A DNA stretch of 64,000 nt from Candidatus Obscuribacterales bacterium (GTDB lineage Bacteria > Cyanobacteriota > Vampirovibrionia > Obscuribacterales > Obscuribacteraceae), in contig CBDDIJ010000002.1 in NCBI GenBank assembly GCA_965228855.1, positions 1,440,001-1,504,000 on the forward strand, in the 5' to 3' direction. Shown in pieces: positions 18,512-28,394 of the stretch. Position 1 is the stretch's first letter; every line of letters starts with the position of its first letter. The notes beneath the pieces were generated by a model. The model was not told where the DNA came from. It did not search any database and saw only the letters and a program-made list of their open reading frames with translations. The position numbers were made by a program, and so were the translations under genes.

Positions 18512-20794
18512 ATGGAAAACGTTCTTGCGAAAACCAAGCAAGCTGTATCACGGTATAAATCTCGCTCGCAGAGCGATAATCTGAACGCGACCAAGTCTGT
18601 TTGGGCGGCGGTGCGATTTTTGCGAAAACAGCTGCCGGAGCTGGAAAAGCAAGACCGTGGTGTGACCACGCGAATTGCTCGTGAGCTGAGCGAGCTGCTC
18701 TCAAAGTTGCCAATGTTCAAGTATCTTCGCGAAGACAAAGAGAGTTCCGAAAATCTCCACAGCAAGCCGCAAGCAGAAGAGTTGATTCTCAAGCTCGAGA
18801 ACGAGCTCAAGGTCCTTGTCAAAGACCTTGAGAACAGCAAGATTGACGAAATTCGTGGATGGGTTGAGAACCACGCGGTCCTTGGAACTCTGACTAAGAC
18901 TTTGACGCGCAAGATGCCGGATTCTACCTATGTGTTCCTTTTCCGTCAGACGAAGGGGGGCTCTTTAGAGCTGGTCACCAGTCGGTCTCCCGACGGGCGC
19001 GTGTTTACTCGTTTCCGTCCTCGCGAATTTTTCGATGTAAAGAAACTCTACCGGCTTTACAATCACAGACCGCCAGTCGGAGCGGCCGTAGTGGTCGACA
19101 ACAAGCTCCAAGATGTCATCGGAACCGTTCCGCAACCTGCCGAGGGTGAGGATCAGCTTCATGTGATTTCAGCCCTCTCCAAGGATGCGGCGAGCCAGCC
19201 TGCAAAGGCGTTCATATCGTCTAATCCAGTGTTGCAGAAATTGCACTCACTGGTGAAAGAACGCAAGGTCGACAAGAACGCATACATTTTGCTCTTCGTC
19301 GAGGCGGCTGAGGAAATTGATTTCGACGCCGATCTGGATGATGAGGCAAGCGAAGAGTCTACGGAGACAGAAGCGGTTGGTCATGGCGACGGCGAGACCA
19401 CTGAAGAAACAGATACCGCTCCGGATGCTGAAGGTACTGAATCACAAGAAGACTCTGAGTCGCACGAGGGGCGCTCGGAATCCGCAGCTCAAGACTCTGT
19501 ACAGCCGGCAATTGCCGTTTCCGATCCAACCGAACCGCCCGTGGCAGATACTGCCGCAACTGAGATTCCGATGGGAGAACCGAGTGTTGTCACTGATGCC
19601 GGTGAAGCGGCTGCTACCAGTTCTGACTCCGCTCAGGAAAGTGTAGATGAAAGCCCCGCATCAGCCGGAGCTGATGCTGATGAATCGATGCCAGCAGCGA
19701 ATTCGGACGAAGCATCTGCAGGTGAGTCGGATGCTGTTTCCAATGCGGATGAAACTGCCGGCGTTGAGAACGCAAATTCAGAAACTGCCGAAGATGCAAG
19801 TACTTCTGATTCTGAAACTCCGGGAGAGGAATCCGCCGAGCAACCTGTATCGGATGATACCGCAGGTGATGCCTCCGAAAATTCGCCTGCTGCCAGCGCA
19901 GAAGAGTCTTCTGCGGAGAGTAGTGCTGATGCGGTTTCATCTGAAGGTGAGCCGGAAATTCCGGTTCACGAGGGACCGATTGAAATACTTACTCGCGCAG
20001 GAAGCGATGGAGGCGTACTTACTCGCTACTACGGAAATGAATTCTCCGACGTTCGCAAAGTGTTCGAGACGTTTGGTTCGCTGCGCACCATCACTGGTGC
20101 CGCGGTCGTCAGAGGTCGCGAACTGATGGATGTGATCGGAACCGTTCCGCATCCTGGCGAAGGGCAGAGCCAGATTGATGTTCTGCTGTCGGAGTCGAAT
20201 CATGCGGCAGACAAACCTACTCGCGACTTCCTTGCCGAAAACGAGATATTAAACAGTTTGCACGAGTTGGCCACCGGCAATTTCTCAGATGCGAATGCAA
20301 AAGTACTTCTATTTGTGGAAGAGGAAGGCCGGCTATCCGCGCTCGTTCCACCGGCACCCCCGCAGCGCGAAGAGCGCGGCAGGGGCGACAGAAAAGGCGG
20401 ACGTCACGGCGGCAGAGGCAGGGATGATCGAGGACGCGGAACGCGCGATCCTCGCGGACGAAGTGGTAACGCCAGCTTGCTAACAGATTTCCGTTATCCA
20501 CGAGACATTCGTAATAGTTTCCGCAGTTTGCCGCGCGTCGTCGGTGCGTCTGTCATCGGCGAGTTCAAATCCGGAGGTGGCGCAGGAGCGCCGCGTCGCG
20601 ATAGCGGGCACGGCGGTGACAACCGCGGCTCTCGCGATGATAAGCGAGGTAAAGACAGAGGTCGTCCTGAACAGAGACCGCCTTCAAAATCCGTTGTCTT
20701 GGCGGCTTTTGGAAGAACTCCGCTCAAGCAAAATATATTGATTACTGAAGAGACAACGCGTCGACTTGGTTTAGATTCTTCGTTGATCTATTAA
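18512..20794 (+). CDS. Hypothetical protein with internally repeated domain, acidic disordered linker and RG-rich tracts
   Basis: 760-aa ORF with GGGAG RBS; DVIGTVP-containing segment occurs twice. Confidence 0.8.
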   Translation: MENVLAKTKQAVSRYKSRSQSDNLNATKSVWAAVRFLRKQLPELEKQDRGVTTRIARELSELLSKLPMFKYLREDKESSENLHSKPQAEELILKLENELKVLVKDLENSKIDEIRGWVENHAVLGTLTKTLTRKMPDSTYVFLFRQTKGGSLELVTSRSPDGRVFTRFRPREFFDVKKLYRLYNHRPPVGAAVVVDNKLQDVIGTVPQPAEGEDQLHVISALSKDAASQPAKAFISSNPVLQKLHSLVKERKVDKNAYILLFVEAAEEIDFDADLDDEASEESTETEAVGHGDGETTEETDTAPDAEGTESQEDSESHEGRSESAAQDSVQPAIAVSDPTEPPVADTAATEIPMGEPSVVTDAGEAAATSSDSAQESVDESPASAGADADESMPAANSDEASAGESDAVSNADETAGVENANSETAEDASTSDSETPGEESAEQPVSDDTAGDASENSPAASAEESSAESSADAVSSEGEPEIPVHEGPIEILTRAGSDGGVLTRYYGNEFSDVRKVFETFGSLRTITGAAVVRGRELMDVIGTVPHPGEGQSQIDVLLSESNHAADKPTRDFLAENEILNSLHELATGNFSDANAKVLLFVEEEGRLSALVPPAPPQREERGRGDRKGGRHGGRGRDDRGRGTRDPRGRSGNASLLTDFRYPRDIRNSFRSLPRVVGASVIGEFKSGGGAGAPRRDSGHGGDNRGSRDDKRGKDRGRPEQRPPSKSVVLAAFGRTPLKQNILITEETTRRLGLDSSLIY

Positions 20795-20886
20795 CAACTC
20801 GCAACAGATGCGTGGTCCGATCGCATAGATCCATGCGTCTGCTTTGGTTTTATTTGATTTGCTGCAAGAAGGTTTGATTTGCTGCG

Positions 20887-20919
20887 AAAAGAAAACCGAG
20901 AGAACGAATTCTCTCGGTT
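20887..20919 (-). terminator. Intrinsic terminator of the coaD operon
   Basis: AACCGAGAGAA-CGAA-TTCTCTCGGTT preceded by an A run (U tract on - strand). Confidence 0.8.
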
Positions 20920-20943
20920 CCACAAAACGTCGATAAAGACTTC

Positions 20944-21657
20944 TTAGTCGATGCCGCCTTTGAGGAGTGGGCTCGACAGATGCGGATGCTGTCCGGTTGT
21001 AACCGACGATTGCGTCGGCGCCGGAGTTGGCATTTGCAGCTGGGAAGGCGTCGCAGCGGGTGCGGATGTCGAAGGAACGCGGCGAACTTGCCCGAGAAGG
21101 CGTTGTCCGTTTCTTACGATTCCTTGCGATTCTTGCACGTGCTGTGCGATTTGTTGGAGGTCGGTGTCGACTCTCGTTAAAACGGATTCAGCGTAGTGAT
21201 CAGCACCATCGCGAATTCTGGTCGCATCTTCTTCTGCTTCGATTCGAATGCGCTCAGCTTCGGCGAGAGCTTCGCGGCGCATCTGTTCAATTTCCGTTAC
21301 AACCTGCTTACGGATGCGCTCTACTTCAGCCTGTACAGCTTTCAAAAGCTCTGACTCTTGAAGCATCATCTCAGCCTGACGACGAGCTTGTTGGACGACA
21401 TGCTCGGAACGGCGATGCGCTTCGGTCGTTATCTGGTCTCTTTGCTGAAGTACTTCTGCAGCTTCCCGCAACTCTTCGGGTAGGCGGGCTCTTGCTTTAT
21501 CAAGCACGTCGAGGAAATCGTCGGCATTGATAAATTTAAACTTATACACGCCTGCCGCGTCTTCAATAAGGTGCTCAAGCAAGTCCATGTGTTTATAGAT
21601 GGTTGTTTGCTTGTAGTTATTGGTGACAGTCGCATTAGGTGCGGTCAGTGTACTCAT
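20944..21657 (-). CDS. DivIVA-like coiled-coil protein (cyanobacterial Cdv3-like)
   Basis: LPEELREAAEVLQQRDQI...GADHYAESVL coiled coil; 4-bp overlap with coaD, as in cyanobacterial coaD-cdv3. Confidence 0.7.
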   Translation of the reverse strand: MSTLTAPNATVTNNYKQTTIYKHMDLLEHLIEDAAGVYKFKFINADDFLDVLDKARARLPEELREAAEVLQQRDQITTEAHRRSEHVVQQARRQAEMMLQESELLKAVQAEVERIRKQVVTEIEQMRREALAEAERIRIEAEEDATRIRDGADHYAESVLTRVDTDLQQIAQHVQESQGIVRNGQRLLGQVRRVPSTSAPAATPSQLQMPTPAPTQSSVTTGQHPHLSSPLLKGGID

Positions 21658-22145
21658 ACTGTGGTGCCTCTAATGAAGTGCTTCTTCAGGTAGTCGTCTA
21701 CCGGGGTCGGTACAAAGTGGGATACATCTCCGCCGAGGCGGACTACTTCCTTAACAGTGGATGAACTTATAAAAGAATACTCGGCTTTGGTCATCAGAAA
21801 TAGGGTTTCTAATTCAGGATAAAGCTGCTTATTCGTTTGTGCCATCCCTAGCTCGGCTTCGAAATCTGAGATAGCTCTAAGCCCTCTGATCAAACAAGTA
21901 ACGTCGTTGAGTCTCGCGTAGTCGACAGTCAATCCTTGGAAAGAACCGACTCTCACTCCTGGAATGTCCGCTACGGCGGCTTCTATGAGCTGCGTTCTGA
22001 CTTCCATTGGAAGCAGCGCGGATTTCCCCGGATTGGCGACGACAGCCATAATGACCTCGTCGAAGAGCTTACTCGCTCTCTTGACAATATCCAGATGGCC
22101 GAGCGTCATAGGATCGAATGATCCTGGATAAACGGCCCTCGCCAA
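21654..22145 (-). CDS. coaD: Pantetheine-phosphate adenylyltransferase
   Basis: AVYPGSFDPMTLGHLDI, IRGLRAISDFEAE, ISSSTVKE; GGAGGT RBS. Confidence 0.97.
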   Translation of the reverse strand: MARAVYPGSFDPMTLGHLDIVKRASKLFDEVIMAVVANPGKSALLPMEVRTQLIEAAVADIPGVRVGSFQGLTVDYARLNDVTCLIRGLRAISDFEAELGMAQTNKQLYPELETLFLMTKAEYSFISSSTVKEVVRLGGDVSHFVPTPVDDYLKKHFIRGTTV

Positions 22146-22476
22146 AGTCCACCTCCTCTCTCAACGCCACGTGGGTGTGGTCTCAGACCTTGTCAATGGA
22201 CGTATGATATCACGACCTTTGCTTGGAAACCCGTCGAAAAAGTGGATAATGCGTTAATCTTGGTGCTTGTCATGGGGAAAGCCGCAATACGCGGTCGATA
22301 TACGGATATGTACCGTATATAAAGGAATGAAAACCGACAATATTTTGTTTCACAAGCATTGCACCGCATGTGGTGGCGAGACTGTTGAGCGCAGTTTCAG
22401 CTTCGCTGTAAGACCTGGTGATAAGTTTTGTCCGTTCCTTATTAGAGGTAAGACTAATTTTCGATTCAAACAAGCG

Positions 22477-23208
22477 TTATTGCGGCGAAAAGCTGTCTCG
22501 CATTCGTTTCGTTTCCTCCGGCTTCAGTTTTTCGATTTTGGCCATTTTGCTATCTATCAACCTCTTGGTTGTTTCGTTTCCCGGCAAACCATCAAAGAAT
22601 GCCCTTGCAATCTGAAGTTCCATATACGCAGTCAGATAGTCTCCGCGTTCGACGCATGCATCCGCCCGGACGATTCTCGCTAAGGTTCTCGGTATTTTTA
22701 AATCCTCTAGTTCCTTTTGAATTTTTGCTTGCTCGATCGAATTATTTTCCTTAAGCGATGCAATTTTTTCGAGTAGGTGCAAACTTGTCTCGGCGCCTAC
22801 AAAATTTTTTTCCTTCATACGAAGCTCATAGAGTTCTCGGACGTCGTTGGAATCAACCAGATCTTGTCTGAAGAGCTTCTGCTGAATTTTAAGTTCAAGG
22901 GCAAGGTCTTGTTTCGATTTTTCGGGCGACTTAAGGGGAAGCATTGTTTGAATCACCGTTTTAAGTTCAGGACCCGTTAGTGGAATTCGATACCAGTAAA
23001 ATGTCCCAACGAAAGGATCCGCATTGACTGATTTGGTCCGCATTGATTTGAGATTCAGTACCGTTCCGCTTACGGGACTAGATTCCGTCGGCTGATTAGA
23101 GTCATCTGAGAGAGCTGGCGACGGCGAAACTATGGAGAGCAAGCCCAACAAGCTGCAAGTTATTCGAGCGATGCGCAAATTCGTTTTGGTCTTTATGTAG
23201 CGAAGCAT
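22477..23208 (-). CDS. Putative exported hypothetical protein (paralog of 23979-24722)
   Basis: Signal peptide, GGAG RBS, motifs shared with the 23979-24722 ORF. Confidence 0.7.
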   Translation of the reverse strand: MLRYIKTKTNLRIARITCSLLGLLSIVSPSPALSDDSNQPTESSPVSGTVLNLKSMRTKSVNADPFVGTFYWYRIPLTGPELKTVIQTMLPLKSPEKSKQDLALELKIQQKLFRQDLVDSNDVRELYELRMKEKNFVGAETSLHLLEKIASLKENNSIEQAKIQKELEDLKIPRTLARIVRADACVERGDYLTAYMELQIARAFFDGLPGNETTKRLIDSKMAKIEKLKPEETKRMRDSFSPQ

Positions 23209-23319
23209 TTGTTTCTCCAGAGTAGCCTGGTGCCGTATGTGGTGGCTAAGTTCTACGTCTGCTAAGGCTGGAATAATCGATCTTACTTGCTTACCAACTA
23301 AAAACTCACCCGGGATAAT

Positions 23320-23907
23320 TTAAAGCCAGTTATTTGAAAGAAGCATTTGTTGCCAGACTGCCAGCAACCAAGTCATAAGTGTAAAGTTTAAGACCACCAA
23401 CGTAGCGAACCTGCGTTCGCCTTCCCAGGCCTTAGCGCTCAAAATGTAGAGATACAGTAAGCCATAAGGCGCGGCAAATAACACCAATAGCGATTCGAAT
23501 ACCTCTGCCTGCCATTGACACGTCGATGGGTCCGGGCTTAGCGGTCGGGGCGGAAGACAATATGCGTCCCACATGGACGTAGTGAGTAAGAGCAATACTG
23601 GATAGAATAACAGCAGGTGTCGAGCTGCAAGTCTTCTTGGCAAAGACAAGCATGCTGCCACTGCTAGAAAAATTTCTGCGGCCAGCTGCACCATTCCATA
23701 CATGAAACAATTGCCGGTCGCCCACGCTATATTCGCTTGAAGAAATTTGACGCAGTGGGCAAGCCAAGTTCCCAGGTTCGTCTCGAAATGCCAATCGCTG
23801 GGAACGTGGGAAGTGATTAGACCATATCCGTAGCCGATGTAAGCTAGCGCTGCGATGAGCAGCAGCCAGAGGCGCAGATTTCCGTTTTTCGTTTTCACTT
23901 CTTTCAC
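23320..23907 (-). CDS. Hypothetical integral membrane protein
   Basis: 195 aa with about 5 hydrophobic segments. Confidence 0.6.
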   Translation of the reverse strand: MKEVKTKNGNLRLWLLLIAALAYIGYGYGLITSHVPSDWHFETNLGTWLAHCVKFLQANIAWATGNCFMYGMVQLAAEIFLAVAACLSLPRRLAARHLLLFYPVLLLLTTSMWDAYCLPPRPLSPDPSTCQWQAEVFESLLVLFAAPYGLLYLYILSAKAWEGERRFATLVVLNFTLMTWLLAVWQQMLLSNNWL

Positions 23908-23978
23908 ATCGAGAACGCTGATGGAATTCGATCTTAGCTGTGTTGAACTACGATAGTCTTCTGCGCGGAATCACTTAA

Positions 23979-24722
23979 TTAACTGTTTGTTTCTGTGCGT
24001 GTCTGCAGTTTGCGTTTCCTTCGCTCGGAAACGTCGATGCAATTTGCGGGCATCAAGGTCTCCAGCGCGGCGAATTTTTCAGCAATGCGCTTCGTTGTTT
24101 GGCGTTCGCCTGGTTCGCCTTCAAAGAATAGTTCAGCAAGCACAAGCTGCTGGTAGGCGTCGCTATATTTTTTGTGAGATTTGAACCAATCTGATTTTTC
24201 GATTCTGTAAAACGCCAGCTGTTTACGCAGCTGCTGTTCTTCTTTGTCCAATGCGTTCCGGGCTTCGGCTTCTTCTTTTGTCTTCGTCGCGATCATGCGA
24301 ATGAGTTTCAAACAATTGTCTGCATCTGAAAAATGCTTTTCGTGAACGCGAAGCTGGAACAGGCGCCATAATTCATCGGTTGAGATAGTGCCTTGTTTTC
24401 GAGCGGCCACTTTGATCTGCTTAACAAGTTTTGAATCAGCTTTCGAGTGCTCAGGCTTTTGAAGAGGTAGAACATCGTGGACGAAACCCAAATAGTATTC
24501 CGCAGTCATCACGAACTTGTAGTCGGCGATGTTCTTTGGCGGTGGTGCTGCGTTCGACGCGTTGTCGGCTCGAACTTCATTCAGGTTCAAAACAATTCCG
24601 CTCAAAGGATTAAGCGTTGCGCCCGTTTCCAAAGCGTTTGCGTTCGCGCCGCCAAGCAGCAGTATCGCCGCGAGCAGCAATGGCGTAGTTCCGCGAAGAG
24701 TCTTAAGATGATCTGACCTCAT
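23979..24722 (-). CDS. Putative exported hypothetical protein (paralog of 22477-23208)
   Basis: Signal peptide; SGIVLNL and LPLQKPEHSKAD motifs. Confidence 0.7.
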   Translation of the reverse strand: MRSDHLKTLRGTTPLLLAAILLLGGANANALETGATLNPLSGIVLNLNEVRADNASNAAPPPKNIADYKFVMTAEYYLGFVHDVLPLQKPEHSKADSKLVKQIKVAARKQGTISTDELWRLFQLRVHEKHFSDADNCLKLIRMIATKTKEEAEARNALDKEEQQLRKQLAFYRIEKSDWFKSHKKYSDAYQQLVLAELFFEGEPGERQTTKRIAEKFAALETLMPANCIDVSERRKRKLQTRTETNS

Positions 24723-24872
24723 AAGAGTGCCAGTCTAGCAGATGGGAGCACTAACACACATCTAAATCGGTCGTTGCTGAACTTGACAGTTGAAGTCAGT
24801 GAATGATTGTCATTGGATGGGTGAACCAGTGATACTACTGGTAGTGCGCATGCTTATGTCTGCTCAGGGGCG

Positions 24873-25307
24873 TCAGTCTGGTTCCACTTTGACGAGCCAT
24901 TGGTCGATCTTCTCTTTCAGCTGTTCCAGAGTGAAGGGTTTAGGCAGAAAATCGTCAAGACCGGCATCGATAGCCTGCAACTTGGAATCCAGCGTTACGT
25001 GCGCGGTGACGGCGATAATCGGGATGCGTTTACTGCGCTCCCTCATTGCCCGAATTTTTTTCGTGCAGGCGTATCCGTCAACCTCGGGCATCCGGTAGTC
25101 CATCAGCACCAAGTCGAATGAGAACATCTCGAGCGCTTCGACTGCCTCGCGGCACGAACTCGCGATAAACGCCGTGATTTCCAGGCTGTCTGCGAGTAAC
25201 GCTAGAAGTTTTTGATGCGATTCGTCGTCATCGACTACGAGCACCATTGGTCTCTTATTCAGGCTGCGCTCTGGTTCTTCTTCTTCTTCTGATTGCTCTG
25301 TTTCCAT
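24873..25307 (-). CDS. Single-domain response regulator (receiver)
   Basis: VLVVDDD, DLVLMDYRMPEVDG, IPIIAVTA, DDFLPKPF. Confidence 0.92.
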   Translation of the reverse strand: METEQSEEEEEPERSLNKRPMVLVVDDDESHQKLLALLADSLEITAFIASSCREAVEALEMFSFDLVLMDYRMPEVDGYACTKKIRAMRERSKRIPIIAVTAHVTLDSKLQAIDAGLDDFLPKPFTLEQLKEKIDQWLVKVEPD

Positions 25308-25312
25308 TTTGT

Positions 25313-25525
25313 TTATTCAGATGATGAACGTTTCGAGTTCGGGTTGAAGTCGATAACGTCCGAGGCGTCGGATTCGCCGAGCGAATCCTGGGCGCGATGC
25401 CGTAACTCTTTTAGCTGACCGAATATGGCTCCAGCTAAATCTTCACGGCAGTGTTTCTTGAAATACTGCGCAAGCCACTCAAGCTCCCGAAGTGGTTGCA
25501 TATTATCGTGTTCATCGTGTGCCAT
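25313..25525 (-). CDS. Small hypothetical protein
   Basis: 70 aa, GAGGA upstream, ends 5 bp before the receiver gene on the same strand. Confidence 0.5.
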   Translation of the reverse strand: MAHDEHDNMQPLRELEWLAQYFKKHCREDLAGAIFGQLKELRHRAQDSLGESDASDVIDFNPNSKRSSSE

Positions 25526-25842
25526 TTTTTAGTCTGTCCTCTCGCTCATTGAAGTGGGGCGGTGGAATAACTTTCTGATTCGTTTATAGCAAGATTCAAC
25601 CAAGCGATGTCGCCGCAATCGGCCTGAAAGCTAGACGTGGAGCTGCCACCAGAGAAACGCAAGTGTGTACTCTTTGTAGGCTACTGACTACAAAGTAAGT
25701 ATGAGACCAGCACTTTCGACCTGGTGACGCTAAGAAGACTCGGATGAATTGGTTTTGTTGCCGATTCGCCGCGTCACATTCGAAGAAAAAATTAGGGAAC
25801 CGTGGAGCAATTTGAGCGTCTCGTCTGCGAGAGGTAAATGTC

Positions 25843-26127
25843 ATGTCACAGAGAAAAGAGCTTCAACGGCGGCTCTATGGCTGCCTTGGTAAGGTGATAA
25901 TGCTAAGGCGGAAGCGTCTGGGAATATCACAAGAAGAATTGGCGAAAGATACCGGTGTTGACCGAGCTTTTATTAGCAGTATAGAGAATGGTAAGCGCAG
26001 TCCCAGTTTTGGTTCCGTTCAACGGATCGCGAGAGGTCTGAATATGCGATTCACCCGACTAGTGGACAATACTGAGCGTTGTTTCGAAAACCAGACCGAC
26101 ACAGATGGTCGTGCTCGATCCGCCTGA
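25843..26127 (+). CDS. XRE/Cro-C1 family HTH transcriptional regulator
   Basis: RKRLGISQEELAKDTGVDRAFISSIENGKRSPSF; GAGGT RBS. Confidence 0.9.
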   Translation: MSQRKELQRRLYGCLGKVIMLRRKRLGISQEELAKDTGVDRAFISSIENGKRSPSFGSVQRIARGLNMRFTRLVDNTERCFENQTDTDGRARSA

Positions 26128-26137
26128 TAGCCAAGGA

Positions 26138-28243
26138 TTACGTGGCGCTAGTTTGTTTCTCCGTCTCTGCAATATCGCTGTCATTGGAGGCCGCGTCGCC
26201 ATTTGTTGCTTCCCCGCTGGTGGTGTCACCGTTGGTGGCAACTGGTTTTTCGACATCCGTGCCGGATGACATGCTGACGCTCGGGGTGTTCTTTAATGCC
26301 GGATTGAACTGACCGGGGATGTACTCGTATTCTTCTTCGGCTTGCACTGTTGAAGTAGCTTCCGGAAGAATAAAACTGAACGTCGAGCCCTCGCCGAGTG
26401 ACGATTTTACGTCGACGCGGCCGCCATGTTTTTCGATGATCTTCTTGACGATGGTTAGTCCAAGTCCGGTGCCTTTGATCGTATGCACTTTCTTTTCGAC
26501 GCGGAAGAAGCGGTCGAATACGTGATCAAGGCAGTCTTCCGGAATGCCGATGCCTGTATCTTCGATGTGAATCGCGACTTCTTTCGACTCGGTGAGGTGT
26601 TGTACGCGGACTGTGACGGAGCCACCGTTAGGTGTGTACTTGATCGCGTTAGTCAGCAGGTTGATGACGACGCGTTCGATTGATTCCTGGTTGATATCGA
26701 CCAGCGGGACATTCTCATCCGACTCGAATTTGAGATCGATACCTCTGTCCTTCGCCATCATCTTGAGCGAACGAATAGCGGTCTCGCATGCTCTGCGGAT
26801 TTCCATCGGGCAAAGGTCGAGGTCGCGGTCTGCTTCTTCGAGTTGGCTGAGCTGAAGAACATCGTTTACCAGGTACATCAAGCGATCGGCTTCGTTATCG
26901 ATGGTTTCCAAAAATTCGCGGTGGATATCCGGATCAAGTTTTTCGCCGTGATTGCAGAGCGTGTCAACGTAGCTCTTAATCGAAGTAATCGGTGTTCTTA
27001 ATTCGTGCGAAACATTGCTCATGAACTCGTTCTTCATGCGCTCTAATTCCGCCTGTTTCGTAATGTCCTGCATGATCATTACGGAGCCGAGAAACTCTTT
27101 GTTCAGCAGAATCGGAGCGCTGTGAATACGGACGATCCGCTCGAGAATGTTTACTTGCTGAACAATCGGTCCGACATTGATGCCCGGCGAGTACGAATCG
27201 GTGAAGGCTTGAATGACCTGGCAGATCATTGGTTGGTCAGGTCCTTCGGTGCAGAACACAAGCGGCTTTCCGAGCATCTCTTGCGCGTCTTTGTCGAACA
27301 GAATTGTAGCGGCGCGATTGACGATTTGAACTTTGTTGTCTCTGTCGCACACGACTACGCCATCGGCGATAGACATGAGAACAAGCTCCAGCTTGTTTCT
27401 CTCAGAGATGTATTTGTTTCTCTCCGCCATCAAATTGTCGACGTTGTGCTTGTCGTACAACTTCAATCGACTGGACATATAGTTGAAGGCGTTGACCAGC
27501 TCATCGATTTCCTTGCCCGCGCGTTGACCCGGAATTTGATATCCGAATCGACCGGCGGCGATTTCACTTGATCCACGTGATAGTACCCGTAGTGGCTTGT
27601 TGATCAAGGCATAGTTCGCCCAAACGCCCACGGCGCCAAGCATGCCGACGAGTACGAAGATTGACAAAAGGAAGTAACGCGTTTCGCGCGGCGTTCCTAA
27701 TATGGTGAACGAATTGTTGTCCAAGCCTACCCAGCAGATGCCGAGATCTTGTTGGTTTCTACGCATCAAAACAGCGATGTTTGTGATGCTTCTGTAGCCT
27801 TGCGGGCTTTCATACACTTCCGGTACTTCGTAGGTGTGAAGCGGCTGTTTCCAGATGGGGAAAACGTCTTCAAGATCTTTTTCCGAGTTCGGGTTCAAGA
27901 TGACGTTGCCGGTTTTATCGCAGTAGACAACGTATGCGATTGCCGGTGTGTGACCGCGCTCGGTCAAAATGTAGTAGCGCAAACCGTCGAGATTGCCTGT
28001 GTTCTGCAACGCTTCAGCACCGCCTCGAGCGAGTGCGTGCGCCAGTGCCAGACCAAACTGTTTAACCGAATCGTCGATCATATGCTGGGCGCGGTCGACC
28101 CATACCCACGCGGTGAATGTGACCAGACCGGCTACGCAGGTGAGACCCAACAACAGAAGTTGTTTCTGGATCGAAATTCTGCTCCAGGACAATCGCGCCC
28201 GGGCGACAAATTTTATGAAAGGATTCACCTGGTGAGTTTCCAC
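26138..28243 (-). CDS. Sensor histidine kinase (2TM-HAMP-PAS-HisKA-HATPase), NblS/Hik33-like
   Basis: H-box SNVSHELRTP, N-box NLLTNAIKYT, FDRFFRVEKKVHTIKGTGLGL, HAMP and PAS (SIADGVVVCD). Confidence 0.9.
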   Translation of the reverse strand: METHQVNPFIKFVARARLSWSRISIQKQLLLLGLTCVAGLVTFTAWVWVDRAQHMIDDSVKQFGLALAHALARGGAEALQNTGNLDGLRYYILTERGHTPAIAYVVYCDKTGNVILNPNSEKDLEDVFPIWKQPLHTYEVPEVYESPQGYRSITNIAVLMRRNQQDLGICWVGLDNNSFTILGTPRETRYFLLSIFVLVGMLGAVGVWANYALINKPLRVLSRGSSEIAAGRFGYQIPGQRAGKEIDELVNAFNYMSSRLKLYDKHNVDNLMAERNKYISERNKLELVLMSIADGVVVCDRDNKVQIVNRAATILFDKDAQEMLGKPLVFCTEGPDQPMICQVIQAFTDSYSPGINVGPIVQQVNILERIVRIHSAPILLNKEFLGSVMIMQDITKQAELERMKNEFMSNVSHELRTPITSIKSYVDTLCNHGEKLDPDIHREFLETIDNEADRLMYLVNDVLQLSQLEEADRDLDLCPMEIRRACETAIRSLKMMAKDRGIDLKFESDENVPLVDINQESIERVVINLLTNAIKYTPNGGSVTVRVQHLTESKEVAIHIEDTGIGIPEDCLDHVFDRFFRVEKKVHTIKGTGLGLTIVKKIIEKHGGRVDVKSSLGEGSTFSFILPEATSTVQAEEEYEYIPGQFNPALKNTPSVSMSSGTDVEKPVATNGDTTSGEATNGDAASNDSDIAETEKQTSAT

Positions 28244-28394
28244 GTCCCTGAAAGGATATACAGCAATTGTAGTTCAATTTTTCGCTCTGGCGAGCTTTCT
28301 CAAGCTACGTGAACCCCGGTTTTTACGGTTTAGATCACCGTTGCCAAGGGAAAGTTTATCTTGAGCGTAGTTATAAGGCGTCTGGAGAGCAATC

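Noticed and set aside
22270..22473. 67-aa ORF right after the 22477-23208 gene
   Set aside because: TTG start, no motif and a competing + strand ORF; I cannot support it.
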